From: Podarcis muralis
Taxonomy: Eukaryota
Assembly (NCBI RefSeq): GCF_964188315.1
Contig: NC_135667.1
Location: forward strand, 25,544,001 to 25,608,000
Direction of reading: 5' to 3'
Length of the DNA stretch: 64,000 bases
The position numbers and the translations under genes are program-made. Shown here one piece after another: positions 1-12,300 of the stretch. The notes under the pieces were generated by a model. That model did no database searches and had not been told where the DNA came from. It saw nothing but the letters and a program-made list of their open reading frames with translations. Each line of letters starts with the position of its first letter. Within the stretch, counting starts at the first letter, position 1.

Positions 1-128
1 CTGGCCACGTTACCCGGAAGTGTCTGCGGACAGCGCTGGCTCCCGGCCTATAGAGTGAGATGAGCACACAACCCTAGAGTCTGTCAAGACTGGCCCGTAC
101 GGGCAGGGGTACCTTTACCTTTACCTTT
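1..128 (+). mobile_element. Sauria SINE, 3' portion (truncated by window edge)
   Basis: Ends in the (ACCTTT)n tail typical of Sauria SINEs and closely matches the reverse complement of the full-length copy at 50021-50379. Confidence 0.85.
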
Positions 129-329
129 TATGCCTTACCTTCTGTACATACATTTTTTAAAAAGTTGATTATGAGTTTCACTAGTATTTCAAACTAGTAA
201 GTGCTTGGAGAATTTTGAGTAAAATGTATATTGGACAGCTCCAGAAAAGGAAACACATCAGAAAGGTGTGTGCATGCGTGCACAAATGCATCCAGACCAC
301 AGACTGTAACAAAAAGCACGTATTCAGTC

Positions 330-3300
330 TTATCTTGTCACTAGCTGTCCCCTGTTGTTCAGCTCAGGCCTCAACAAAATGATATAACATTTGGGTGCAA
401 AGATGCAACCCAGCAACCCAGCACTGGAAGCTAAAATAGAAAAAACCTCCACAGCTACCATGTATTTGCCCTTGGAGCTCACATAAGCTGGAATGAAGGA
501 TAGCCACACACTGCAGAAGACCAACATGCTGAAAGTGATGAACTTGGCTTCATTGAAACTGTCCGGTAACTTCCGAGCAAAGAAAGCCACAACAAAACTG
601 ACAGTAGCCAAGAAGCCAAGATAGCCCAAGGCACAAGAAAATAAAATCACAGATCCCTCATTACATTCTAATATAATTTCTGTAGTCCCTGAGTGCATGT
701 CCACATCTGGGAATGGGGCAGAGGTTGCCAGCCACACACTGCAAATGCCTGCTTGCATGAGGGAACAGGATGCAACAATGGAGTTGGCCAGGCTTTTCCC
801 CACCCATTTTCTCATCCTGCTTCCTGGCTTTGTGGCCATAAATGCCAGAACCACCATGATAGTTTTTGCCAGCACAGAAGAAACAGCCACTGAGAAGATG
901 ATGCTGAAAGCAGTTTGTCGGAGAAGACATGTCACCGGTTCAGGATGACCAATGAAAAGCAAGGCAGAAATGAAGCAAAGCAGAAGGGAAATCAGGAGAA
1001 TGTATGTGAGGTTCCGATTGTTGGCTTTGACGATGGGTGTGTTGTGGTGCTTCAGAATTATTCCGAGCACCAGAGCTGTTATAAATGCAAAGGAAAGTGC
1101 AAATAGGCTTAAGCTGATCCCTAAAGGTTCTTTATATGATAAGAATGTTCTTGCTTTGGGTATGCAAAAATCATGCTTGATGTTTGGATATGTTGTGTCC
1201 ATGCAGTCGTAACAGTCATGCATATCTGAAAAGCAAAGGTAACTTATTGTTATTATTTATTTAATTTATATACTGCCCTTCATCTAAATCTTACAGGCTG
1301 GGGTACAACATAAAAACACATAATATACAACATACAGTGGTGCCTCGCAAGACGAAATTAATTCGTTCCGCAAGTTTTTTCTTCTTGCGAGTTTTTCGTC
1401 TTGCGATGCACGGTTTCCCATAGGAATGCATTGAAAATCAATTAATGCGTTCCTAGGGAAACCTCCTTCAGACCAGGTCCGGGGACAGTCTGTTCCCCGA
1501 CCTCTTCTGAAGGCTGGGGGGGGGGGACAAGGACTTTTCTTCCCACTGCCAGCCTTCAGAAGGCTGTTCTGAAGGCTGGCGGTGGGAAAAAAAGCCCTTC
1601 TTCCCACCTCCCGCCCCGCAAGCTCCGGGGACAGGAGGGCTTTGCTGCCGACCGCCAGCATTTTAAAAGCCCCTGCTGTCCCGGGGCGATTTTAAAATGC
1701 TGGCGGGCGGGAGCGAAGTCTCTGCTGTCCCGGGGAGATTTTAAAATGCTGGGGGGCGGGAGCGAACGCTTCGCTCCCGCCCGCCAACATTTTAAGATCG
1801 CCCGGGGCAGCAGAGACTTCTCGCCCAAAGCAAGGGGAGCTCTCCGAAGGGCTCCCCGTGCTTCGGGCGACAGGCTGCCGCCCCAAGCCTCGCGCACCCG
1901 GTGGGACCTCCTGCCGGGTGCGCGAGGCTTGCAGACACTCGCCCGAAGCAGGGGAAGCCCTCCGGAGGGCTCCCCGTGCTTCGGGTGACAGGCTGCCGCC
2001 CCAAGCCTCGCGCACCCGGCGGGACCTCCTGCCGGGCGCGCGAGGCTTGCAGACACTCGCCCGAAGCAGGGGAAGCCCTCCGAAGGGCTCCCCGTGCTTC
2101 GGGTGACAGGCTGCCGCCCCAAGCCTCGCGCACCCGGCGGGACCTCCTGCCGGGCGCGCGAGGCTTGCAGACACTCGCCCGAAGCAGGGGAAGCCCTCCG
2201 GAGGGCTCCCCGTGCTTCGGGTGACAGGCTGCCGCCCCAAGCCTCGCGCACCCGGCGGGACCTCCTGCCGGGCGCGCGAGGCTTGCAGACACTCGCCCGA
2301 AGCAGGGGAAGCCCTCCGGAGGGCTCCCCGTGCTTCGGGTGACAGGCTGCCGCCCCAAGCCTCGCGCACCCGGCGGGACCTCCTGCCGGGCGCGCGAGGC
2401 TTGCAGACACTCGCCCGAAGCAGGGGAAGCCCTCCGAAGGGCTCCCCGTGCTTCGGGTGACAGGCTGCCACCCGGCGGGACGTCCTGCCGGGTGCGCGAG
2501 GCTTGCAGACACTCGCCCGAAGCAGGGGAAGCCCTCCGGAGGGCTCCCCGTGCTTCGGGTGACAGGCTGCCGCCCCAAGCCTCGCGCACCCGGCGGGACC
2601 TCCTGCCGGGCGCGCGAGGCTTGCAGGCACTCGCCCAAAGCAAGGGGAGCTCTCCGAAGGGCTCCCCGTGCTTCGGGTGACAGGCTGCCGCCCCAAGCCT
2701 CGCGCACCCGGCGGGACCTCCTGCCGGGCGCGCGAGGCTTGCAGACACTCGCCCGAAGCAGGGGAAGCCCTCCGGAGGGCTCCCCGTGCTTCGGGTGACA
2801 GGCTGCCACCCGGCGGGACCTCCTGCCGGGTGCGCGAGGCTTGCAGACACTCGCCCGAAGCAGGGGAAGCCCTCCGGAGGGCTCCCCGTGCTTCGGGTGA
2901 CAGGCTGCCACCCGGCGGGACCTCCTGCCGGGTGCGCGAGGCTTGCAGACACTCGCCCGAAGCAGGGGAAGCCCTCCGAAGGGCTCCCCGTGCTTCGGGT
3001 GACAGGCTGCCGCCCCAAGCCTCGCGCACCCGGCGGGACCTCCTGCCGGGCGCGCGAGGCTTGCAGACACTCGCCCAAAGATTTTAAAATGCTGGGGGTC
3101 GGGAGCGAAGCGTTCGCTCCCGCCCGCCAGCATTTTAAGATCGCCCGGGGCAGCGGAGAAGTCTCCGCTGTCCCGGGAAGGCAGGCGGGGGGGAGCAAAG
3201 ACTTTTGCCCCCCGCCAGCCTTCAGAAGAGGTCCAGGACCTCTTCTGAAGGCCGGCTGTGGGCGAAAGTCTTTGCTCCCGACCGCCAGCAATTTAAAACA

Positions 3301-6295
3301 GGTCCCCGGAGATTTCCCTATGGGCTTTCGTCTTGCGAAGCAAGCCCATAGGGAAATTCGTCTTGCGAAGCGCCTCCAAAACAGAAAACCCTTTCGTCTT
3401 GCGGGTTTTCCGTCTTGCGAGGCATTCGTCTTGCGGGGTACCACTGTAATAACAACAGAAATGCCAACCTCAGATTGCTTAATCAGATAAAAGCCTGATT
3501 GAAGAGGAATGTTTTCACCTGATGAAGTAAAAATAGTAACCATATAGATCATCATAATCTGAAATATCTTCTTACTGTCAAATTGTTTTATCATGTTTCA
3601 AATATTGAAGAAAAACAAATCACGCTGTCTGTCCCTCAGAACTATACTTTTCTAATCCGATATTGGAAACCTGTAAAGTGTGTGTGTGTTTGTGTATTAC
3701 CCTTTTGAGCTGAAATCTTCATTTCAGGACATGGGATACAATCATAGCAGCAAAATGGCTCCCCCTCCTTCACTTTCTTGCTATAACCAGGATAACAACT
3801 CTCACTGCATATGGATAAAGGTTGTGCCTAATCCAGAAATGAAAAAGGTCAAGAAAAATGAACTTGGTATCCTTAAGATTTTGGGGACTTTTAGTTGTTT
3901 CTTAGAGAATCATTTAGCCATTACATACTGAGAAATTATAAATAGCTGGAGCATATTTATCTATTTCATAAAATGTATTCATTGCTAGATTGAAAAACAC
4001 TTTAAAGCTTTTTACAAAAAGTTATTGCACATGTGGGTACAATATAATTGTTATTTCGAAAGGAAGGGAACAATTGGGATAAATCACCATGCCAGGAACC
4101 TTCCAGTTCACTTAGAGATCCATTGGATCCTAACTCTGCTCATTGTGGTGCATATAGAACTGCTCCTGAAATCTGTGATTTATAGGATTGAGCTGTAATA
4201 TAGATCAGCTGGATTTGATTTGATGTTACTTTCAAAAGCTTTAAACATATATATGTTTATGTTTGTTTGCATATACTTAATGTTCTGTTTATATTTGCAT
4301 ACACCAGTTTTTTAATTCTACTTCATTAAATCATTTTTTTTTAAAAAAAAAAAAACATTGCATGTTAGAAGAGTGACCTAGAGCTTACAATAGAATCCAA
4401 CAGGGACTTACGGTACTTTACAGCAAAATTTTTATTTCACTGCATTTAGCCAGGTCACAATAGTGACTTAAAACTCACTGAAGTATTAAACAGTTTGCAA
4501 GGCGCTGACAGTCAGTTCTTACCTGGTTAAACAAGCTGTGCCATCTTATGACCTTCTCATTGATGGTTAATACTCTGTCTGGGGGAGCCTGGGCATCAAG
4601 CCTACCAACTTTCACTGTATGAAAGGATTGGTTGGAGGAAACGATCAGGTTCAAAACATCAAATCCAGCTATTATTTTCCCACTTTGATCAAAAGAAATC
4701 TGGTCCCCAGCACTGTTATTAAACGAAACACTTCTGAGAAAGTGATGGAGCTAGACAAAAAGAAAATAAATAAATAAATAACAGCATTTCTATGGTAATG
4801 TGTAAAATGTTGAACTTAAAACGGACACTTTAGAAGAATTTATAAAACTCCTGGCCTTCATTTTCCCAACTTCATTCTGAAGGTAATAGCATTATAAAAA
4901 TGTTACTTTATTGGGGATGTACAAAAATTGGGAGAAAAAATGGTCATCCATCATACTACACAAATCAGAAAATGAATATCGATAACCCATAATACACTGT
5001 ATTTACAGTAGGTTTATATGCAAAAAAAAAGAAAAAAGAAAAAAAAAGGAAAGCTGACTGAAGCATGCACTATTTTTTCATTTCTATGAAGTGGGCAGAG
5101 AAAGAAAGCTGAAAATATCAGCATAGGTAGAGTTTTAAGACAAATTAGTATCTTTTGTATCTTTTTGATTTTTGTAATCAGAAAATGAATACCCACAACC
5201 CATAATACATTGTATTTACAGTAGGTTTATATGCAAAAACAAAATGGAAGGCTGACTAAAACATAGACTATTCTTTCATTTCTGTGCAGTGGGCAGAGGA
5301 AGAAAGCTGAACGTATCAGCATAGGTAGAGTTTATGGACACATTAGTTTCACTGATTACCCTCAAAATATGGTGTGCTACCACATGAGAATGTGTGGAAA
5401 ATTACCTGCCAAAATGGTTGATTCTGAAGTTCAGGTCTTCCTCTGACTAATACTGTGCCATATGTCCTTCTGGATGAGAACATGGCTTGTAAAGCATGGG
5501 CCACTACATAGACTGCATTATAGATGCTGTAGCTGTGCCCAGTCATACTCATTTCAAAAAAAGGGAGAGGGAGGCTCTCCAGCTTCTCTTCTCCTGTGCA
5601 AATATCTTCATCCACATGGTTGCCAATTGTATTTAAGAAGACACAGCTGAATACGGTCTCCCAGAATTTCTTTATAAAATAATCTTCTATTGTGTTTAAA
5701 GGATTTCTCTTCTCAAGGAAATTGTGAAATGTCTGTAAATAACTGAACTGATATCTGAAGGCTATAGCACCATGGAATAGTTCTGCATCCCAATGCCTTT
5801 GATAGTGAAATGCACTGAGCTCCACCTGGGCTGTAGCTATCCAAACTTTCCCCCCTAATTTATTTTCAACAGATAAAAATGGAAGCCATCTAAAAAATGA
5901 CATGGAATAAGATTCTCCATAGATCACTACTACATTTGCTTTACTGCCCATCATACTATCATTTATTTTGACCCCATCTTCTATGATGTCCATAAATTCA
6001 GTGATAAAAGAAAATGTGGGGATTCTCTCTATGAAGGCAAAACAAACACCCTTCTGGGAAAAGACTGGAAGCACAGTTTGCACAAATCTTTCTCCATTAT
6101 CATTATCCATAACAATAGCCCCAATCCACGTCCACCTGAAATGCAGAAGCAGAGAGAGAATGCCCTCATACTGAAGGGCTTCCTGGGGGACCATCTGGTA
6201 GAAGGAAAGTCCTGGGGTTTTATCATTCATCACTGGTGCAGGACTGAATGTTAGCTGAAGATGAAAGATGAGATGTGAGTGAAAATAATATTAAT

Positions 6296-6341
<46 letters not shown>

Positions 6342-9300
6342 TTTTCATAGTTCCTCCCAATGGGAATGATTACCTGGGAGAGGGATTTCCCTCTGGTAGC
6401 TCCAAAATTATGCAACGACCTCCCCACATAAATGCATCTAGTATCTTTGTTGCTTAGCTTCTGCCATATTCTTGGTAGTGGCGCCCGCCCTCTGGAACGC
6501 CCTCCCTTCAGATGTGACAGAAATAAGCAGCTATCTTATCTTTAAAAGACATCTGAAGGTAGCCCTGATTAGGGAAGTCTTTAGTATTTAATGCTGTATT
6601 GTTTTTAACACTTGACTGGAAGATGCCCAGAGTGGCTGGGAAAATTCATCCAGATGGGCGGGGTATAAATTTATGATTGTTGCTGTTGTTGTTGTAAGGA
6701 TACACAGCCTTACCCTGTCCTGTAATAGATAAAATTTGACAGTTTCATGGGGGTTTCCCCCACACATATTGTGCTGGCGTGGTTTATTGAGGGGAATTCT
6801 TATTCTTGGATTTTAATAAATGCTTTACTTATTTTAAGTTATGTTATTACGTTATTCTCTTATTTCAACATCTAGGAATCTACTTGTAGCACCCTGCTTG
6901 TGGTTAACGCTTAGCTGGAATGAAATATTCAACGCAGCAACAGAGAAATTAAAATAATAATTTATTTGTCAGACAAATAAATGTGAGGCACAGTGGTATA
7001 TGATTACCAAGCTCTGGCCTGGCCTCCTGCCATTATGGCCAGCACTTATATTTCCTTAATCCAGCCCCCTTTGCTTCTCCTCTGGCTGCATCTGTCCAAC
7101 CAGCCTGGTTGGAATTCCTATTGGCTGATTGGTATGACCAATCACAAAAATACACTCATTTCCTATTGCCTTTTATGGGAGACAAAGAGCTATATTTCCT
7201 TCCATTTATAATTGGCAAACAAGTATTAATATATCTTTACATGTGTCTCAACAAGGAATCTTAATTACCAGCTCACCTCTTTGCCCTCCTTGCCCTATTG
7301 CCTTCTAAAACAAATGGTTAATCTTAAATTTTTATCTTGAACAGATGTCAGAGACCTTGGGTTCATATTCTCATGCATCATCAATGAAATATCTCCTTTT
7401 GGAGGTCTTTAAACAAATGTCTGACAGCCATTTGTCATGAGTGCTCGATTGGCGTCTCATTTCTGGCAGGGAGCTAGGCTCATCTGCCCCCCTGGTCTCC
7501 TACAGCAATATGACTCTATGAAATAAGAATTTAACATTTCTTTCTTTCTAGATCCTTTGCATAATTACATTTAAACCAATATATTTAAGATAATATATTT
7601 CATACATTATCATAGGTAACCTTTTAAAAGAATAAAGCTTCTCAAAGTAAAAAGGAAGGAACTCAGTAAAAAACAGTTTTTAAAGAAGGTTCTTTAGTTT
7701 ACATCCCCCCCCCCTTCAGCCAGCTGCTTCGTTTCCATTAGCTCTTCCTCAAACTCTCTCAGTTTAAGAAAGAAACAGTTTTAAAAGACTTCCCAAAAAT
7801 GCTTTAAAAAGACTTCCCAAAAAGCCTCTCTTTCTGCCAGCTAGATGCTTCTCCATTTGGTCTTGGCCTTTTAACCTTAGAAAGAAGATCTGGCTCAAGT
7901 TTAAGGCACATGGTTTTATTTTACTGTTTACTAACTCTTAATTATGTTGGGTCCGTAACCTTGCTCTTTAACTTGTAATTCCAGCTTTTATGACTTTGAG
8001 AATTGTTTTCTGCTATAAATCAAAGGGGGGCCCCTTGTCTTAGGAGAATGGCCAAGGTTTTCTCTATAAACAGCTGGCCTTCTTGCCTGGCATGAAACAT
8101 TTGAAAATCTAAGCCCATTTAATTTAGGAACCTGATCAAATATAAGCCAATATATGCCTTGATTAAAAATGCAGTCTATATTCAGATGCCACATTCCCCC
8201 CTTTCAAGCTCAAGGACCTGGCTACAAAGCGTCCTTGATAGCTTGATCTACATCATATTCCTGAGGTAAGGCTCTATATAGTGCCATGATATGAGGTAAA
8301 GTTTCATTTGAAATCATCTTGCTAATTGTACTCCTAAAACATGAGATGATACATGGCACCATACATAAAACCATTATCTGAAATGTTAAAGCAACAGGCA
8401 TTCCCTGTCAAGTTCAAGACTCCACATAGGCCTCCCTGCTTGGCAAGTCATCCAACTGTCGTGCAATAAGTCTCAAACTCTGGGCCGTTGCATTGGTTAC
8501 AAGTTCCACTACTGCTTGCAATCGAATTATTCTGTTTAGATTATAAATAGGATCCCATGCCCCTTGTATGAGCTCACCAGGATTCCAGGAGGCAGGATCA
8601 TAATAGGCTATAATGCGCTCTGGTGGCCAATCATCAGTACCGCTCCAACTTTGGGTACTTCCTCCTGCTATATGAGAAATATCAGCGTTTCTTTGTGTTC
8701 GCTTAGCTGAACTAGTGGGCAAAATCCACATTAGTGGTAATACCCGTCCCAGGAAACAAGTCCCACTCCATTTGGAAGGGAGTTTCTTGTATGCCCATTC
8801 TCCACATATCCACCACAACCATCGGGTCTGAGGTTTTTGGTACGTGGAGTACAGAAGGCGAAATATCAAAAGAGGCAGAGAGTTCACAGTGCAGTATGTT
8901 AGATTGCCTTTCTCTGTCACAGTTATGTTCCATACCACTTTCCATGCATGAATAAAAGGAGGTGCACAGGGCAAGGTATTCCGAGTTCGATAGGTAGTAC
9001 CGTGTGCCCAGGTATGACTATTCTTAATATAATCCCAAGTATAGTGACAATGAGAAGAGCCTATCATGGTAGAATCAGCTGCATCTGATGATTTATGTAC
9101 ACAGAATTCCCCTTGTACAGGTGTAACTGTAATGGTTTAGTTGAGTTCCATCCGGGGGAATTCTGTATTTCTGTTTGGTGTGGCATTTCGCTTACCATAC
9201 CAATGGCATCTAATGGTATCGGTAATAAGGGCATACCTCCCTCTGAATCATCTGGCCCAAGAGAGCAAACAAGGCAATTGGTCCTATTTGCAACATTGGC

Positions 9301-12300
9301 TACCATTTCAGCTAAACCTACCCACATATTGTGGTCATAGCTGAATCCATATTTAGCAAATTTGGTCAGATTCAAGGACCCTTCCCCTTACCAAGAGATC
9401 AGGATTAATAATAAAATCATGTTGATGTCTAGCATATGCATTCCTTCCACAAAAGATTACCTTATTGTGATAGCATAAAACTATTAGTCCCAATATAATT
9501 CCCCCAGTGACAGAAATGGGGAACCACCAAGACCAAAACATATATCCCAAGGATCCCCAATGTGTAATATCTCTGATAATTGTTCCACAAGGGGGCAGTC
9601 AATCAATTGTATAAGAGAATCTTCCCGCTCACAGTCGCTGGTTCAGACGCTCCTCAAGCTTCAGGCGTGCGCAGGTCAGCCAGCTTCCAAGTTGTGGCTG
9701 CAGCAGGCCGGTCGTCTAATGTTGCCCGTGACCTAACCCGTTACCGGTAGGGCTAGATACAGGGGTTTTTAGAAAGAGTCAATTTTAAAGGATTAGAGCG
9801 GTCACCTTTGCACGTCCAACTGCCTTCAGACTTCTTCAAACGAGAGTGATGAATCCAGGGGGTCACCTCAGCTACCTTCACCGCTGTTGGAGTAGAAAGC
9901 AAGACGGTGTAAGGTCTACGCCACTTAGGTGCAAGTGGATCACGTTTTCCACTCTTTCACCCATATGCTATGCCAGCCTGGAGCTGATGAATCGGCTTGG
10001 CAATGCTGCACGGCGTGTGCTTGAGGGCCCACCTGTTAAGAAAAAAACAACAACAAACAAACAAACACGGGAGAGAGACAAAAACACGGGAGAGAGATTG
10101 CACTTATCCCTGTGTCACATGGTCTCCTATTTGTTTGAGGTCAGTTGGAATATCCTGAACAAAGGAGGGCGGCCTCCCATACAGGAGCTCAAAAGGTGAC
10201 AACTTAAGTCTTTTTGTGGGTGCGCACCGAACACGAAACAGTGTTATGGGTAACACATCTACCCTCCTGAAACTTTAGACACATTAGTGGGCTTCTGGCA
10301 TGCCCTGCAAATACCTTGCACAAGCGTCTGGCGGTAGGTGGTAAGTCTGGCCAGGTGAATTGCATTGTTTGGATCCCAATTAGGATCTTCCAAGGGAAAG
10401 TTGTCTTGGAGATGACGGTCAATATTATAAATATTTCCCACTCTGGCCTGCTCACGCAAATATATCTGTGCCTTTTCAATTATGTCTCTCCTTTCCTCAG
10501 TGGTGAAGAGAGTATTACTATTGAAGTCACCAAGTCCATCATAGCCTGAGGTTTTTCTGCGAAAGATGGGGCGTTTTCCAATTCATCAGACTGTAGTTGT
10601 GAATGGAATACATTGCAGGGTCGAAGTTCGAGGTGGCCTTGGTCCAGGTTGCCCATTAACCAGCACAGGCTCCTTAAGTGCATCAAATACTCTTCTGAGA
10701 GGGGCTACTACGTGACCTTTTTCTTCACTTTGCTCTAGGGGCCTCAAATCATAGGGGATGGTATTTGTCCCAAGGCGTTCTTTTAGCAGCTTAATACGCC
10801 TGGCTGTATTGCTTGCTGACCGATTAAGGTCTCCCTGTAACTTCTGTAATAATTCTCTAGGACTTGGATGTACAGGGGTTTGGGGTAGGCAATCAGTTGC
10901 TCCACTAAAAGAGACTGTAGATGGAGTTCTACTGGGACTCACAGGTGGAATAACCACTTCTGCTTGGGCTTCATTATAGGACTCCAATGCCTCCTGAAGA
11001 TATTTATCATAATCTATCAAGGAATCAAGTTCTATGACTCCACCCCCATTATTCATTCCACTTTCTTGCCTTGGGGTTACAACTGGTGGAGGGTTTGAAT
11101 TTGTTTGGCAAGATTCCTTTCCTAGCTTTGGCTTTTACAGCCAATAATTTGCATCGTTGGACTTTGCATTCCCTTATCCATGGAGGATTTTTATTTAATG
11201 TGCTCAGCCAGGAATCTATATATGAAAATTGTTCTGGGCACCCTCCAGTTTCTTTGGTGATGTTAGACCAAAGTTTGCTTACTAAATTTATATCAAAGGT
11301 TCCTTGAAATGGCCATTCAGTATTTTGTTTTGGCCATTCTAGTTCACATAACGTTCTCAAGCGCTCTGGCGTCCTTTTGACTCCATATGCCCCTGAGAAG
11401 GCTTTCTTAAAATTATTTCACATACATTCAAGAGGTGTATTTCCCCCCTTTGAACCCCCAACTCCCATTGTATGGCCCTGTGAAGTATCCACTCAGTCAC
11501 TCACACACACACCTTACTGGGAAACGAAGTAGCACTCACTCCACACTTAGGTCAGCTACACATTGTACTTTCTCACACATGCAATGCGCAAGATACTTCA
11601 CCCACACTCTACCTCCCAATCTTCCCTTTTCCCTACACCAGATCACCATCTGATGTACCCAGCCACCTAGCGTACTCAGTTCCCCTTTACTGAGACGCAG
11701 AAGTTTGATCAGGACTTCTCTTCCTCCCAATTAATTGGAGGGCCAAAACCCTTTAGTGCACTTACCCTTAGCTGGTTCCGTTTCCCCCCGGTCCGTCGCC
11801 GTCGGTGGGCAGGGTATCAGACAGACGAGACTGCTGCGTTCCCCTGGAAAAAAATTTTCCATTGCGCGCTGAGTAGGCAGTGAGTGATCCTCTGTCTTGT
11901 ACCCTGCTCAGTAGGCGAAGGGGCTGCGTTCCAGCAGACCACTTATCCGAGTCACAGGGCACCATAAAATGTAGCACCCTGCTTGTGGTTAACGCTTAGC
12001 TGGAATGAAATATTCAACGCAGCAACAGAGAAATTAAAATAATAATTTATTTGTCAGACAAATAAATGTGAGGCACAGTGGTATATGATTACCAAGCTCT
12101 GGCCTGGCCTCCTGCCATTATGGCCAGCACTTATATTTCCTTAATCCAGCCCCCTTTGCTTCTCCTCTGGCTGCATCTGTCCAACCAGCCTGGTTGGAAT
12201 TCCTATTGGCTGATTGGTATGACCAATCACAAAAATACACTCATTTCCTATTGCCTTTTATGGGAGACAAAGAGCTATATTTCCTTCCATTTATAATTGG

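Noticed and set aside
661-1212. Short antisense and alternate-frame ORFs recurring over every V2R exon 3 and exon 6
   Set aside because: They recur only because the underlying exons are paralogous; there is no independent coding signal.
1813-3080. CRISPR-like appearance of regularly spaced palindromic repeats
   Set aside because: There are no unique spacers (the whole unit repeats), no cas genes, and the context is vertebrate.
1556-3594. Long minus-strand ORFs (525, 445 and 600 aa) and many 82-139 aa plus-strand ORFs
   Set aside because: They are translations of a GC-rich 118-bp tandem repeat that lacks stop codons on one strand. The peptides are repetitive with no domain motifs.
6993-7211. 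Duplicated 72-aa ORF (also 12078-12296) and the 68/72-aa ORFs at 7988 and 13072
   Set aside because: Chance ORFs within the two LTR copies, with no recognisable motifs.
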